Positions 1-8,982 of a stretch of 64,000 nucleotides of DNA are shown one piece after another (position 1 is the first letter of the stretch; each line of letters begins with the position of its first letter). Source of the stretch: a virus; IMG/VR virus record IMGVR_UViG_3300027659_000011, positions 1-64,000 of that record; one strand, written 5' to 3'. The notes under the pieces were generated by a model. That model ran no database searches. It was not told the DNA's origin and saw only the letters and a program-made list of their open reading frames with translations. Both the position numbers and the translations under genes were made by a program.

Positions 1-2
1 GC

Positions 3-296
3 GCAGGTATTTGCGGCGTGGTTAATGAAAAAAGCGTTGTATTTAATAAAGTGCTTTGTCAATTTTCTTGGTTATGTGACGGAAGCGAATCAAGACGCCC
101 AGTAAATAAAGAAACTTGGAAAGAGTCAGAAATAGCTGCTAAAAAAGTTTTGTTAGAGAACTTTACTTTACCTAGTTTAGAGTCAGCTTTATATTTTCAT
201 GCAGACTATGTAAATCCTCAATGGAAAAACATGGAAAAAGTTGCAAAAATAGGTCGTCATATATTTTATAAACCCAAAACAGAGAGTAATAAATGA
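3..296 (+). CDS. Cell wall hydrolase (SleB/Hydrolase_2 family), C-terminal part, truncated by window start
   Basis: ICGVV...CQFSWLCDG, ALYFHADYVNPQW and KIGRHIFYK motifs; frame is open from the window edge. Confidence 0.85.
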   Translation, partial: AGICGVVNEKSVVFNKVLCQFSWLCDGSESRRPVNKETWKESEIAAKKVLLENFTLPSLESALYFHADYVNPQWKNMEKVAKIGRHIFYKPKTESNK

Positions 297-655
297 GTTT
301 ACTAGAAAAAGAATCTGTAAGTAAAATCCCAGTTTCAGAGCCTTGGATTAACAATATAGTAAATAAACTTAATCCAATTGATTGGATAAAAGAACATGTA
401 GCTAATTTAAGTGCTACGAGTCTTCACATTATTTCAGTAATTTTATTACATTCATCAACAATTCCTACACTTCTTAGCTTAATGTTTGGAATTAGTGATA
501 AAACCCCTATTTTAGATATGGTATTGTTATTGTGGGCAGCTTTATTAGCTATGTTTGCACAGGCAATAATTCAGAAAAATTATATTATTGTTACAGTTAT
601 TACTGTTGGATTTATGGTTCAATCAGTAATTATGGCACTTATTTTCTTTAGGTAA
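293..655 (+). CDS. Hypothetical membrane protein
   Basis: 120 aa with about three hydrophobic segments; start overlaps the end of the upstream gene. Confidence 0.65.
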   Translation: MSLLEKESVSKIPVSEPWINNIVNKLNPIDWIKEHVANLSATSLHIISVILLHSSTIPTLLSLMFGISDKTPILDMVLLLWAALLAMFAQAIIQKNYIIVTVITVGFMVQSVIMALIFFR

Positions 656-659
656 TACT

Positions 660-932
660 ATGAGCAATGAGCAGGATAAATTCAAACATAGCCGTCGCTT
701 ACAAAAAGATAAAAATGCAGTTGCTAAACAATTAAAAATGGCTATAAGTTCTGGTATTACTAAATATGTAGAGCAGCCTCACCGCCTAGAAAAACATCAT
801 GCAATGGATTGTGGAAATCCCAATTGTTATATGTGTGGAAATCCTAGATATACTATGAATGAAAAAACAATACAAGAACAAAGGTTTGAACAGCCTGAAA
901 AACTCACAGTTGACCCTGACAGCCATAACTGA
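660..932 (+). CDS. Hypothetical phage protein (CxxxxCxxC motif)
   Basis: 90 aa, DCGNPNCYMCGNPR. Confidence 0.65.
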   Translation: MSNEQDKFKHSRRLQKDKNAVAKQLKMAISSGITKYVEQPHRLEKHHAMDCGNPNCYMCGNPRYTMNEKTIQEQRFEQPEKLTVDPDSHN

Positions 933-938
933 TATAAT
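910..938 (+). promoter_or_regulatory. Sigma70-type promoter
   Basis: TTGACC-17-TATAAT. Confidence 0.7.
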
Positions 939-961
939 ATAAGATTAGAAAGAAAAATACT

Positions 962-1162
962 ATGTACTATTGCGTAATTTGTAGCGAGGATGTTTCCAAA
1001 GGTCGTGCACTTTTAGGTTATAAAACCTGTATGTGTTGCGGAGAGCGCAAAGCTAAAGAGTACAAACATTGTATTGTTCCACTTCATAAATCTAATTATA
1101 TTCCAGTCTTTAGTTTAAAAGATTTGGTTGGTGTTAACTCAAAAGGTGGGCAGGTTAAATGA
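962..1162 (+). CDS. Small C4 zinc-finger protein (DksA/TraR-finger-like)
   Basis: CVIC...R...G..TCMCC. Confidence 0.6.
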   Translation: MYYCVICSEDVSKGRALLGYKTCMCCGERKAKEYKHCIVPLHKSNYIPVFSLKDLVGVNSKGGQVK

Positions 1163-1287
1163 AAGAACTAATACAAAATGTTCTTGATATGCATAGAGCA
1201 GGATTTTCTATAGAGGCTATCTCTAAAATTCTTGATTGCTCTATTGAAATTGTTGAACAAACCCTAGAATTTATAAATGATAAGTAA
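1159..1287 (+). CDS. Small HTH-like protein, 42 aa (not in ORF track)
   Basis: MKELIQNVLDMHRAGFSIEAISKILDCSIEIVEQTLEFINDK; ATGA overlap with upstream stop. Confidence 0.5.
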   Translation: MKELIQNVLDMHRAGFSIEAISKILDCSIEIVEQTLEFINDK

Positions 1288-1295
1288 ATAATATT

Positions 1296-1946
1296 ATGAA
1301 TTCTATACCAATTGTTAATAGACAACTAGTACAAATTCTTAATAACTTTAAAGATGAAATATTAAGCAATGATTTATCTAAATTAAATTTTAGACAACGT
1401 AATGCTACTAAAGATAATCATTATTTTTGTAGTATTGATCTTTTAAATGATCTTAAAAATCAAGAAACGATAGATCGTACTAAAAATGCAAAACTTGTTA
1501 ATATAGATAGCACTTTCTTAAAAGAAATAAATTCAAAACTTGACGCTGATTTAGACGAGTGGGATGAACAAAAAGGTTATGCTGTCCCAAAATCTTCTGT
1601 AAGAAAAAAAATGTTTGATCAAAAAGTATTAGGAGTAATATATCCCGCTAGTGGTTATATGTCTTGGCATACTAATTCAGATGATTTTGGACATAACGTG
1701 TTATTAACATGGAGTGAAAATGGAAACGGCTTTTTTAGATACCAAGATCCTATAACTAAAGAAATTGTAACAATGCAAGACAAACCTGGCTGGAATTGTA
1801 AAGTGGGATATTTTGGAAAACACACAGAACCAGATAAATTGTTTTGGCATTGTTGCAGTACTGATGAATTAAGAATTTCACTGGCTTGGATATTTCCAAC
1901 GGCAGAAGTAGCATCAAGTTTTGAAAATAAAATCCAGCAATCTTAA
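1296..1946 (+). CDS. Hypothetical protein, possible 2OG-Fe(II) oxygenase/cupin-like
   Basis: YPASGYMSWHTN...FWHC...RIS pattern. Confidence 0.5.
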   Translation: MNSIPIVNRQLVQILNNFKDEILSNDLSKLNFRQRNATKDNHYFCSIDLLNDLKNQETIDRTKNAKLVNIDSTFLKEINSKLDADLDEWDEQKGYAVPKSSVRKKMFDQKVLGVIYPASGYMSWHTNSDDFGHNVLLTWSENGNGFFRYQDPITKEIVTMQDKPGWNCKVGYFGKHTEPDKLFWHCCSTDELRISLAWIFPTAEVASSFENKIQQS

Positions 1947-1980
1947 ACCTACTAAATAATACTATGAAAGTAAAAAGATC

Positions 1981-2346
1981 ATGAAAGTTGCAATTAATCG
2001 TTGTTTTGGTGGCTTTGGTTTAAGTGAAAAAGCTTTTGAGCTATTACTTGCTAAAAAAGGTGTGCCTTTTGAAAAGCGTGATTCAGGTTATAGTACAGGT
2101 AGTGCCTACTATGTGGCAGGACACCTTGGACACGTAGACCATGAATTATCAGAATATCAATATATTCAAAATCGCTCAGATTCAGACCTAATTGCAGTAA
2201 TTGAACAATTAGGAGAAGAAGCCAATGGCTGGGCTGCTGATCTTGCAGTAGTAGATATACCAGAAGACGTTAAGTGGTATATTGATGAATATGATGGCAT
2301 TGAACACGTTGCTGAGATTCATAGGACTTGGTATGGTAACGATTGA
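1981..2346 (+). CDS. Conserved hypothetical phage protein
   Basis: KVAINRCFGGFGLS...WYIDEYDGIE pattern recalled from many phage proteins. Confidence 0.7.
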   Translation: MKVAINRCFGGFGLSEKAFELLLAKKGVPFEKRDSGYSTGSAYYVAGHLGHVDHELSEYQYIQNRSDSDLIAVIEQLGEEANGWAADLAVVDIPEDVKWYIDEYDGIEHVAEIHRTWYGND

Positions 2347-2554
2347 TAATAGATCTGATACACGAGGTTATAAACCTGACTGGCAGCCTGGTGAAAAAGT
2401 ATGGATTAATAATATAAGACAAGAAGCTACTGTAGTTGAGCAAGTACTTGTTTATGACTATGCTGATAGTTATTGGGGCGATGTTATATTAGAATATGCT
2501 AATAGTACACTAGGTGCTGCTAATTCATGGCAACTTTCAAGGATAGTTAAATGA
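2333..2554 (+). CDS. Hypothetical protein
   Basis: ATG at 2333; tight operon packing. Confidence 0.55.
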   Translation: MVTIDNRSDTRGYKPDWQPGEKVWINNIRQEATVVEQVLVYDYADSYWGDVILEYANSTLGAANSWQLSRIVK

Positions 2555-2952
2555 TAGAATGTTTAATACTCGGAGACAGCATCGGAGTCGGTGTAGCTAA
2601 TGTCCGTAAAGAGTGCGTTGCTTACGTACAAGGCGGTATTAACTCCCATCAATGGTTGAATAAGAATATTCAAAATACTCCTTTAATAGCTAACCATGTA
2701 ATTATATCTCTTGGATCAAATGATCACAAGCATATTAAAACAGAGAGTGAATTACGTACTATTAGACAACTTACTAATGCAAATAGAGTATACTGGGTGC
2801 TACCATCAACAAAGTTTCCAACACAGCGAAATGCTATTTGGAAGATTGCTAATGAGTACCGAGATACTGTACTTAAAACGGAACGTATGCAAGAAGATAA
2901 TATACACCCTAGTTGGGCAGGATATAAAGAAATTGCAAAGGCATCAGAATGA
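2551..2952 (+). CDS. SGNH/GDSL hydrolase-like protein
   Basis: GDSI block I, LGSND block III, DNIHP (DxxH) block V. Confidence 0.8.
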   Translation: MIECLILGDSIGVGVANVRKECVAYVQGGINSHQWLNKNIQNTPLIANHVIISLGSNDHKHIKTESELRTIRQLTNANRVYWVLPSTKFPTQRNAIWKIANEYRDTVLKTERMQEDNIHPSWAGYKEIAKASE

Positions 2953-3374
2953 AATTAGAGTTAGACAACATACTTTGTGAACGTTACCCATATATTATGG
3001 TTAATCGTTATCAAACTATGAATGTTACCTGTATGTGTTGGGGATTTGAGTGTGGTGATGGTTGGTTTACTATATTAGACCAACTTATGAGTAAAATTCA
3101 ACACCACATTGACTGGAAGAATAAAAAAGACATTGAAGTACCTCAAGTAACTTTTGATCAGGTTAAAGAAAAGTTTGGTTCTTTAAGAATCTATTATTCA
3201 GGCGGAGACGATGTTATTGATGGTATGATACAGATGGCTCAATCAATGTCTTCTGTGACCTGCGAACAATGTGGTAATCCTGGCAGTATGCGTGGTCGTG
3301 GTTGGTTATATACTAGCTGCAACACTCATGCTAAACCTCTTGACCAAGAAAGTGAAGTCAAGGAAACAAAATGA
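2949..3374 (+). CDS. Conserved hypothetical phage protein
   Basis: GDGW...QVKEKFGSLRIY...TCEQCG motif. Confidence 0.7.
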   Translation: MKLELDNILCERYPYIMVNRYQTMNVTCMCWGFECGDGWFTILDQLMSKIQHHIDWKNKKDIEVPQVTFDQVKEKFGSLRIYYSGGDDVIDGMIQMAQSMSSVTCEQCGNPGSMRGRGWLYTSCNTHAKPLDQESEVKETK

Positions 3375-3407
3375 ATAGCAGATATCAAGATTTTGCGGAG
3401 AGAAATT

Positions 3408-3602
3408 ATGAGAGTAACCAGACAAGAAGTATATAATACAAAATTGTATTTGGAAAGACTAGAAAAAGAAGAGCACATCAAAGAAGAAGTGCATCGCAAG
3501 CAACTAGAAAAGCGTAAGTTTGACGAAATTATAGCGGAACGAGTGTCCCGAAATATTCGTTTAGATTTAACTAAAGGCACCAACATTGATATTGAGTGCT
3601 AA
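3408..3602 (+). CDS. Hypothetical coiled-coil protein
   Basis: GGAG RBS upstream of ATG 3408; ends KGTNIDIEC. Confidence 0.55.
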   Translation: MRVTRQEVYNTKLYLERLEKEEHIKEEVHRKQLEKRKFDEIIAERVSRNIRLDLTKGTNIDIEC

Positions 3603-3603
3603 T

Positions 3604-3789
3604 ATGAGCTCCGCAGACCAACGATTGCGAGAGATTATGATTCTCATAGACAGTACTATTAGTTTAACTGATGATCCCCGTGAACTAATATTAATGTCTT
3701 ATGCTATGGCACATAGATCAAAAGAATTACTAGATAGGGCTATAGGCCCTGAACAAAGAAGACTATTAATGAGAGAATTAGCAAAATGA
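3604..3789 (+). CDS. Hypothetical protein (paralogue of 6934-7113)
   Basis: MSSADQRLREIM...DDPRELILMSYAM. Confidence 0.55.
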   Translation: MSSADQRLREIMILIDSTISLTDDPRELILMSYAMAHRSKELLDRAIGPEQRRLLMRELAK

Positions 3790-4046
3790 ATTTGCAATTA
3801 AAAAAACTTGCTGAACAAGCAGGTTTTCAATATATCACTGAAGAAGGTATTGGTTGGGCAGGTAACTACAATGCTAGTTTGCCAAAGTTTGCAGAACTTA
3901 TACTATCAAAAGTTTTAGATGCTGTTGTTAATACAGATGTTACAAGTGTAGTATATACTAGTCATGACAAAGATAGAGCTGCAGCAGTTCTAACATTAGT
4001 TGAACGTGGATTACTAAAAGAATTTAACATAACAGAAAAAGTATGA
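3786..4046 (+). CDS. Hypothetical phage protein
   Basis: LKKLAEQAGF...KFAELI pattern; ATGA overlaps. Confidence 0.6.
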   Translation: MNLQLKKLAEQAGFQYITEEGIGWAGNYNASLPKFAELILSKVLDAVVNTDVTSVVYTSHDKDRAAAVLTLVERGLLKEFNITEKV

Positions 4047-4177
4047 GTGGATTTAAATCAAAACGCCGAATGGCTAGAGATCGTTTTAGTACCGAGGTAA
4101 ATGAAGATTATAGAATTATTACTAGGTCAATAACGGGTATACTACTAATTATATTTATAGTGGCATTACTTGTATGA
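4043..4177 (+). CDS. Small membrane protein, 44 aa (not in ORF track)
   Basis: MSGFKSKRRMAR...GILLIIFIVALLV; ATGA overlaps at both ends. Confidence 0.55.
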   Translation: MSGFKSKRRMARDRFSTEVNEDYRIITRSITGILLIIFIVALLV

Positions 4178-5067
4178 AACGTATAGTATTTTTTGTTGAA
4201 CCAGAATGGGCATATGGAGTTATTCATTATGACTTAATTAAGTGGTTACAACCCTATAACATAAGAGCCTCTGTTATGCCATGGACTCGTCAGTATACAG
4301 TTGACGAGGTCCAAGAATTATCACAACATATAGATTATTTCGTCTCCACTCCGTCAGGGCTGGAGGCTTTGTGCATTTATCACTACCATATTCACCCTGA
4401 ACAAATCATTGTAGTATGTCACAGTAGAGAAGATATTGAGTACCTTTTAAAACTACCAGAAACTGTTTCAAATCGTATTGCAAAACTTGGTGCTGTTTCT
4501 AATTGGGTTCGTGATGAAATGATTAGAATGGGTATTCAAAAACCTATTCAAGTATGTACTCTAGGGGTTGACTATGAACAGTTTTACTCTCCTATAGCCA
4601 AAGAATTAGAAATTGTTGGATATGCTGGTGCTTATAAGGTACTACATAATGATCATATCAAAAGAGCACATTTAGTTGACAAAGCCGTAGGGCGCAGTGG
4701 TCTAGGCTTAAAGATCGCTATTCAATATCACAACTCTTTTATGACTATGCCAGGTTTCTATCCTCAGGTAGGAGCTATTGTTGTATCATCAACTCACGAA
4801 GGAGCAGGATTACCTGCTTTAGAAGCCGCTGCTGCTGGAAGATTGGTTATATCAACTGCAGTAGGACATTGGGATAGAATAGGACTTCGAGGGGCAGTTG
4901 AAATGCCTATTGAAGAAGAAGCTTTTGTAGACAGTTGTGCTGAAACTTTAACTTACTACAAAAATAATCCCAAAGAATATCAGGCAAGATGTTTAACTAT
5001 ACAAGAACATGCCAGAGAATATGATTGGTCTAATCATATTGAATCGTGGGTAGAATTAATCAAATGA
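4174..5067 (+). CDS. Glycosyltransferase, GT-B (GT4-like)
   Basis: SSTHEGAGLPALEAAAAGRLVISTAVG (EX7E motif). Confidence 0.8.
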   Translation: MKRIVFFVEPEWAYGVIHYDLIKWLQPYNIRASVMPWTRQYTVDEVQELSQHIDYFVSTPSGLEALCIYHYHIHPEQIIVVCHSREDIEYLLKLPETVSNRIAKLGAVSNWVRDEMIRMGIQKPIQVCTLGVDYEQFYSPIAKELEIVGYAGAYKVLHNDHIKRAHLVDKAVGRSGLGLKIAIQYHNSFMTMPGFYPQVGAIVVSSTHEGAGLPALEAAAAGRLVISTAVGHWDRIGLRGAVEMPIEEEAFVDSCAETLTYYKNNPKEYQARCLTIQEHAREYDWSNHIESWVELIK

Positions 5068-5252
5068 AACGCTGGAAATACGTAGTAGATGATAGTAGTG
5101 ACTTTGATTACCAAACTATATCCGAGCAAGATATTATCAAAGAATTTTTTCCAGACTGGGAAAAGGATATGATATCTGTAGGCAGAGAAGACGAAATTTC
5201 TCATGAAAATTGTATACAAGACTGGGTGTTATACTATCAGGCTTGGCAATAA
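5064..5252 (+). CDS. Hypothetical protein
   Basis: ATG 5064 overlaps upstream stop; CIQDW motif. Confidence 0.55.
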   Translation: MKRWKYVVDDSSDFDYQTISEQDIIKEFFPDWEKDMISVGREDEISHENCIQDWVLYYQAWQ

Positions 5253-5293
5253 AAATATTTATTTGATATTTTAGTCAAATTACTTTATAATAT

Positions 5294-5446
5294 ATGAAAT
5301 ACTTAATAAACTTCTTAGCCGTTCTATACTGGATAGCAGGCGTAGTAATTGCAAAAGGCTTTTGGAGCACTTTCTTTGCTATTTTAGTGCCTTTTTGGGC
5401 ATACTATCTCATACTTGAACGACTAATCACACAATACTTATCATGA
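5294..5446 (+). CDS. Small membrane protein, 50 aa (not in ORF track)
   Basis: MKYLINFLAVLYWIAGVVIAKGFWSTFFAILVPFWAYYL...; preceded by TTGATA-17-TATAAT (5263-5291); ATGA overlap downstream. Confidence 0.55.
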   Translation: MKYLINFLAVLYWIAGVVIAKGFWSTFFAILVPFWAYYLILERLITQYLS

Positions 5447-6309
5447 AAATCTCAGTTTGCAGCGATCTCCACCTTGAATTTGGAGAATTAGAAATCCATA
5501 ATACAGACAATACAGACGTACTTGTGTTAGCTGGAGATATCTGCGTGATTTATGATCTATTTGAATATACAACTGAAGAAGACGCTATTGGTTATGTAAA
5601 ATATCGTAGTCAACGCTTCCATGAGTTCTTTCAACAAGCCTGTAAAGAGTGGAAACAGGTTATCTATATTATGGGTAATCATGAGCACTATAATGGTGAT
5701 ATTGATAATACTTTAGTTACAGCTAGAGAGCGCCTTGGTTACTTAAATAACCTACATATCCTAGAACGTTCATCTATACTTATTGAAGATGTCAGATTTA
5801 TCTGTGGTACTCTTTGGACAGATATGAATCAAGGAGATGTAGAAACCCTTGATAGAGTTCGTGGATTCATGAACGACTTTAGTTCAATCAAAGATAGCAG
5901 AGCTCTTGTACACTTTCGGGATGAGTCTGGAACTTTTAGAACTCGTGCGGGTAAGTTTACTCCTGAGCAAAGTGTCGTAGAACACAAAGCTATGTTAGAC
6001 TTAATCAAAGAACAAGCCGCGCATAGTTATCAAAATATTGTTGTTGTGGGTCACCATGCTCCTACAAAGCAGAGTACACATCCTCGTTTTAAAAAACAAA
6101 CAGTTATTAACGGAGCTTATAGTTCTGATTTAGAAAGCGTAATCTTAGCTAATCCTAAAATTAAGTTGTGGATACACGGACATACCCATGATGACTTTGA
6201 TTACATGATTGGTTCATGTCGTGTAGTATGTAATCCCAGAGGTTATATAGGACACGAAAGAAGGGCTGAAGGGTATCAACCACGGACCATTGAAGTTTCA
6301 AATCTTTAA
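5443..6309 (+). CDS. Calcineurin-like metallophosphoesterase
   Basis: SDLH, LAGD, GNHE, HH and HGHTH motifs. Confidence 0.9.
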   Translation: MKISVCSDLHLEFGELEIHNTDNTDVLVLAGDICVIYDLFEYTTEEDAIGYVKYRSQRFHEFFQQACKEWKQVIYIMGNHEHYNGDIDNTLVTARERLGYLNNLHILERSSILIEDVRFICGTLWTDMNQGDVETLDRVRGFMNDFSSIKDSRALVHFRDESGTFRTRAGKFTPEQSVVEHKAMLDLIKEQAAHSYQNIVVVGHHAPTKQSTHPRFKKQTVINGAYSSDLESVILANPKIKLWIHGHTHDDFDYMIGSCRVVCNPRGYIGHERRAEGYQPRTIEVSNL

Positions 6310-6323
6310 GGTTAGGGTCAGAG

Positions 6324-6369
6324 GGGGCAGTACGGGTCAAAATTATTGACTTGTATTGCCCCTTTTTTT
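6324..6369 (+). terminator. Rho-independent terminator overlapping a promoter
   Basis: GGGGCAGTACGGGTCAA-AATTA-TTGACTTGTATTGCCCC followed by a T tract; TTGTAT-17-TATAAT overlaps the 3' arm. Confidence 0.65.
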
Positions 6370-6407
6370 GTGTTATAATTATATTATCAAATCAATAGGC
6401 AACCTCT

Positions 6408-6605
6408 ATGTCAACTAAACAAAAAGCTGTACTCTATACACTTGCTATCGTTATTTTATCTCTAATAATTATTTTAACTATTAGCGTTTTAGTTCACCTT
6501 ATTGGTTCTAGTGTATCGGCGACTGTGTTATCTATATTGGTATGGACTTATATTGTTTATAAGATTACATCAGGTTATTTGGGTTTTCTAAAGGAAGTAG
6601 AATGA
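6408..6605 (+). CDS. Small membrane protein
   Basis: 65 aa, two hydrophobic helices. Confidence 0.6.
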   Translation: MSTKQKAVLYTLAIVILSLIIILTISVLVHLIGSSVSATVLSILVWTYIVYKITSGYLGFLKEVE

Positions 6606-6685
6606 TTATTTGGTTTAACGAAGCTGCTAAAGGTAGCCAGTCTGCTAAAGAGTTCTTACAAGTTAAGACGTAACATTGGATAATT

Positions 6686-6937
6686 ATGAACGATGACTGG
6701 GCAGAAGAAGCTAGACTAAAAGTATTAGCGGCAGCTTTTAAAGATATTAAAGCTGGCAAGGATATAAACCTTGTTTTAGAAGCCATGTCAAAGTCTTTGA
6801 CTGCAAAACTAATGCACCCACTTATTATAAAGTTAAAGGGTGCTAAGCCAGAATTTGATGTAGAAACACATAGAACAGAATACAATAAAGCACTTGATAA
6901 GTGCGCATTAAAGAAACGTTTTGGAGTTGAGCTATGA
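6686..6937 (+). CDS. Stand-alone glutamyl-tRNA reductase dimerisation-domain-like protein
   Basis: GKDINLVLEAMSKSLTAKLMHP resembles the HemA C-terminal LTNKLLHAP helix. Confidence 0.45.
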   Translation: MNDDWAEEARLKVLAAAFKDIKAGKDINLVLEAMSKSLTAKLMHPLIIKLKGAKPEFDVETHRTEYNKALDKCALKKRFGVEL

Positions 6938-7113
6938 GTGTATCAGAAAGAATGTCAGAATTGGTAGAACCAATTGAACAACAAATTATGATGTGTGATT
7001 CCCGAGAAGATCTGTTGATGATAGCCTGTGTTATGCTTCAGCGCACACGAGAGATATTTGATTTGGAAATTGGTGTTGATGGACGTAAAAAAATGTTCAA
7101 GGAACTAGAATGA
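6934..7113 (+). CDS. Hypothetical protein, 59 aa (not in ORF track; paralogue of 3604-3789)
   Basis: MSVSERMSELVEPIEQQIMMCDSREDLLMIACVML...; ATGA overlaps at both ends. Confidence 0.6.
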   Translation: MSVSERMSELVEPIEQQIMMCDSREDLLMIACVMLQRTREIFDLEIGVDGRKKMFKELE

Positions 7114-7799
7114 AAGTTAAAATTGGTAAGTATACAAATTGGGTAGGTCCTTACCAGATTGCTGATGCTCTCTGCTTTTGGGCTACCAAAGTCAAAGACG
7201 AAACAGATATTGTACCTCGTAAGCCTGACTGGGTTCACGAGTTTGGTCGTTGGCTGAGTGAAGATAAACATGGTAATGATAGCTTACTCACTAAGGCTTG
7301 CCAGTGGGTTGAGTCTAAGAAAAAGCGTACTATCAAAGTACACATTGATCGTTGGGATACTTGGGGCATGGATCATACTCTTGCCCACATTATCTTGCCT
7401 ATGCTTAAGCAGCTTAAAGCCAGCAAGCATGGTGCTCCTAATGTAGATGACGAAGATGTACCTGAGCATCTTCGTAGTACTGCAGCAGAAGCTAAAGTAA
7501 ATGATTGGGACACTGATAGCAACCATTTCCTACGTTGGGATTGGGTTATGGATGAGATGATCCAAGCTTTTGAGTGCAAAATCTCAGACAACTGGGATGC
7601 CAAATACAGCTCAGGCGAACACGACTTTAAAAGCGTGCCCTGCAAATGGGATGAAAATGGAAAGCCTGTGCTTTTCACTATGGAACGTGGTCCAAAAGAC
7701 ACTTACAAGTGCGATTACGAAGCCTTACAAAAACACGAGGCAAGAAATCAAAATGGTTTCCGACTTTTCGGCAAATATTATCAAGGACTCTGGGATTAA
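7110..7799 (+). CDS. Conserved hypothetical phage protein
   Basis: WDTWGMDHTLAHIILPML...GFRLFGKYYQGLWD. Confidence 0.7.
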   Translation: MKVKIGKYTNWVGPYQIADALCFWATKVKDETDIVPRKPDWVHEFGRWLSEDKHGNDSLLTKACQWVESKKKRTIKVHIDRWDTWGMDHTLAHIILPMLKQLKASKHGAPNVDDEDVPEHLRSTAAEAKVNDWDTDSNHFLRWDWVMDEMIQAFECKISDNWDAKYSSGEHDFKSVPCKWDENGKPVLFTMERGPKDTYKCDYEALQKHEARNQNGFRLFGKYYQGLWD

Positions 7800-7802
7800 A
7801 CC

Positions 7803-8669
7803 ATGACTGCTAAAATTATTCAAGACAGTACAAGCAATGGCAAGCGTATTACTACACTTGAGTTGGAGTACCCACGCTTTATTCATGCTGAACTGCTTAC
7901 TCACCGACAGTTCTCCCGTAACTCAGCGTCATCAAGAGCTATTCCTGTTGAGCGCATGATGGACTTATTAGACACTCAACTTGCAGTTCCTTGCTACTGG
8001 GGCAAAAATCAACCAGGAATGGCTGCTCGTGAAGAAATCACAGAGATTGCCAGAGCAGAGACTACTTGGAAGTTTGCAGCTCAAACAGCCAAAGAGTTCA
8101 GCAAAGCTCTGTTAGACTTAGGTCTGCACAAGCAGATCGCTAATCGTGTAACTGAACCTTTTCAGACTATTAAAGTAGTACTCACAGCAACTGAGTTCGA
8201 TAACTGGTTTGAGCTACGTGCTCACCCAGATGCTCAGCCTGAGATAAACAAACTAGCACAAGAGATGCAAACAGCTTTAGCTGAGAGCACTCCCCTAGAA
8301 ATCCTACCTCACGACTGGCACGTGCCTTATGTTGACCGAGTGTGGCAAAATGGACAAATCTACTATCAAGTAGGTGGTGAACACTGCCAAATTACCCAAG
8401 CCAGAATGGTTTCAGCAAGCTGTTGCGCTCAGGTTTCATACCGCAGGCTAGACCACTCTTTAAACAAAGCCTTATCAATAGCTCAAAAGTTAGTAGCAGG
8501 CAGACCTTGGCACGCTAGTCCATTTGAACACCAAGCAAAGCCTATGCTGAGTACGCTGCAACCACACATCTGGGAAGCAGGCATGACTCACCAAGACCAT
8601 CATGGCAACTTTTGGAGTGGCAATTTCAAGGGATGGATTCAGCATCGTCAACTTTTAGAACAAGCCTGA
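7803..8669 (+). CDS. thyX: Flavin-dependent thymidylate synthase
   Basis: ELLTHRQFSRNSASSRA (RHRx7S-type motif), LRAHPDAQPEI, HASPFEH. Confidence 0.85.
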   Translation: MTAKIIQDSTSNGKRITTLELEYPRFIHAELLTHRQFSRNSASSRAIPVERMMDLLDTQLAVPCYWGKNQPGMAAREEITEIARAETTWKFAAQTAKEFSKALLDLGLHKQIANRVTEPFQTIKVVLTATEFDNWFELRAHPDAQPEINKLAQEMQTALAESTPLEILPHDWHVPYVDRVWQNGQIYYQVGGEHCQITQARMVSASCCAQVSYRRLDHSLNKALSIAQKLVAGRPWHASPFEHQAKPMLSTLQPHIWEAGMTHQDHHGNFWSGNFKGWIQHRQLLEQA

Positions 8670-8795
8670 CCCTAAACCGTTATGATCAAAGCATATTTTG
8701 AGAATGTGTCCGTATTTTACCTTATCGAGAACACGAGAATTTCAATTCGACACCTGATAAAGTTGTGTATTTTTAGCTCTGCACTGAAAAACAGT

Positions 8796-8824
8796 TGACT
8801 TTTTACAAAAAATGTGATACAATC
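8796..8824 (+). promoter_or_regulatory. Sigma70-type promoter for the D2/D3-like genes
   Basis: TTGACT-17-TACAAT. Confidence 0.65.
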
Positions 8825-8850
8825 AGTGTATATTAAAACAAGATGATACA

Positions 8851-8949
8851 CAGGGGACTCAACCAAGATGAGAAAACCACTGCGTAACGGGGTCAGAGGA
8901 GGCACAAGCAGTGTGAGTTTTCTCTGATCTTGCAGTTGAGGGTCCCCTG
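8851..8949 (+). other. ~100-nt long imperfect hairpin in the 5' leader of the D2-like gene
   Basis: CAGGGGA/TCCCCTG, CTCAAC/GTTGAG, CAAGAT/ATCTTG, GAGAAAAC/GTTTTCTC and CACTGC/GCAGTG nested complementary blocks. Confidence 0.75.
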
Positions 8950-8982
8950 AGCTAAATAGGGTAAATCCCATTATAAAAGCAA

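Noticed and set aside
3371-3436. Possible frameshifted gene starting at ATG 3371
   Set aside because: The downstream frame has its own GGAG RBS and ATG at 3408, so no frameshift is needed.
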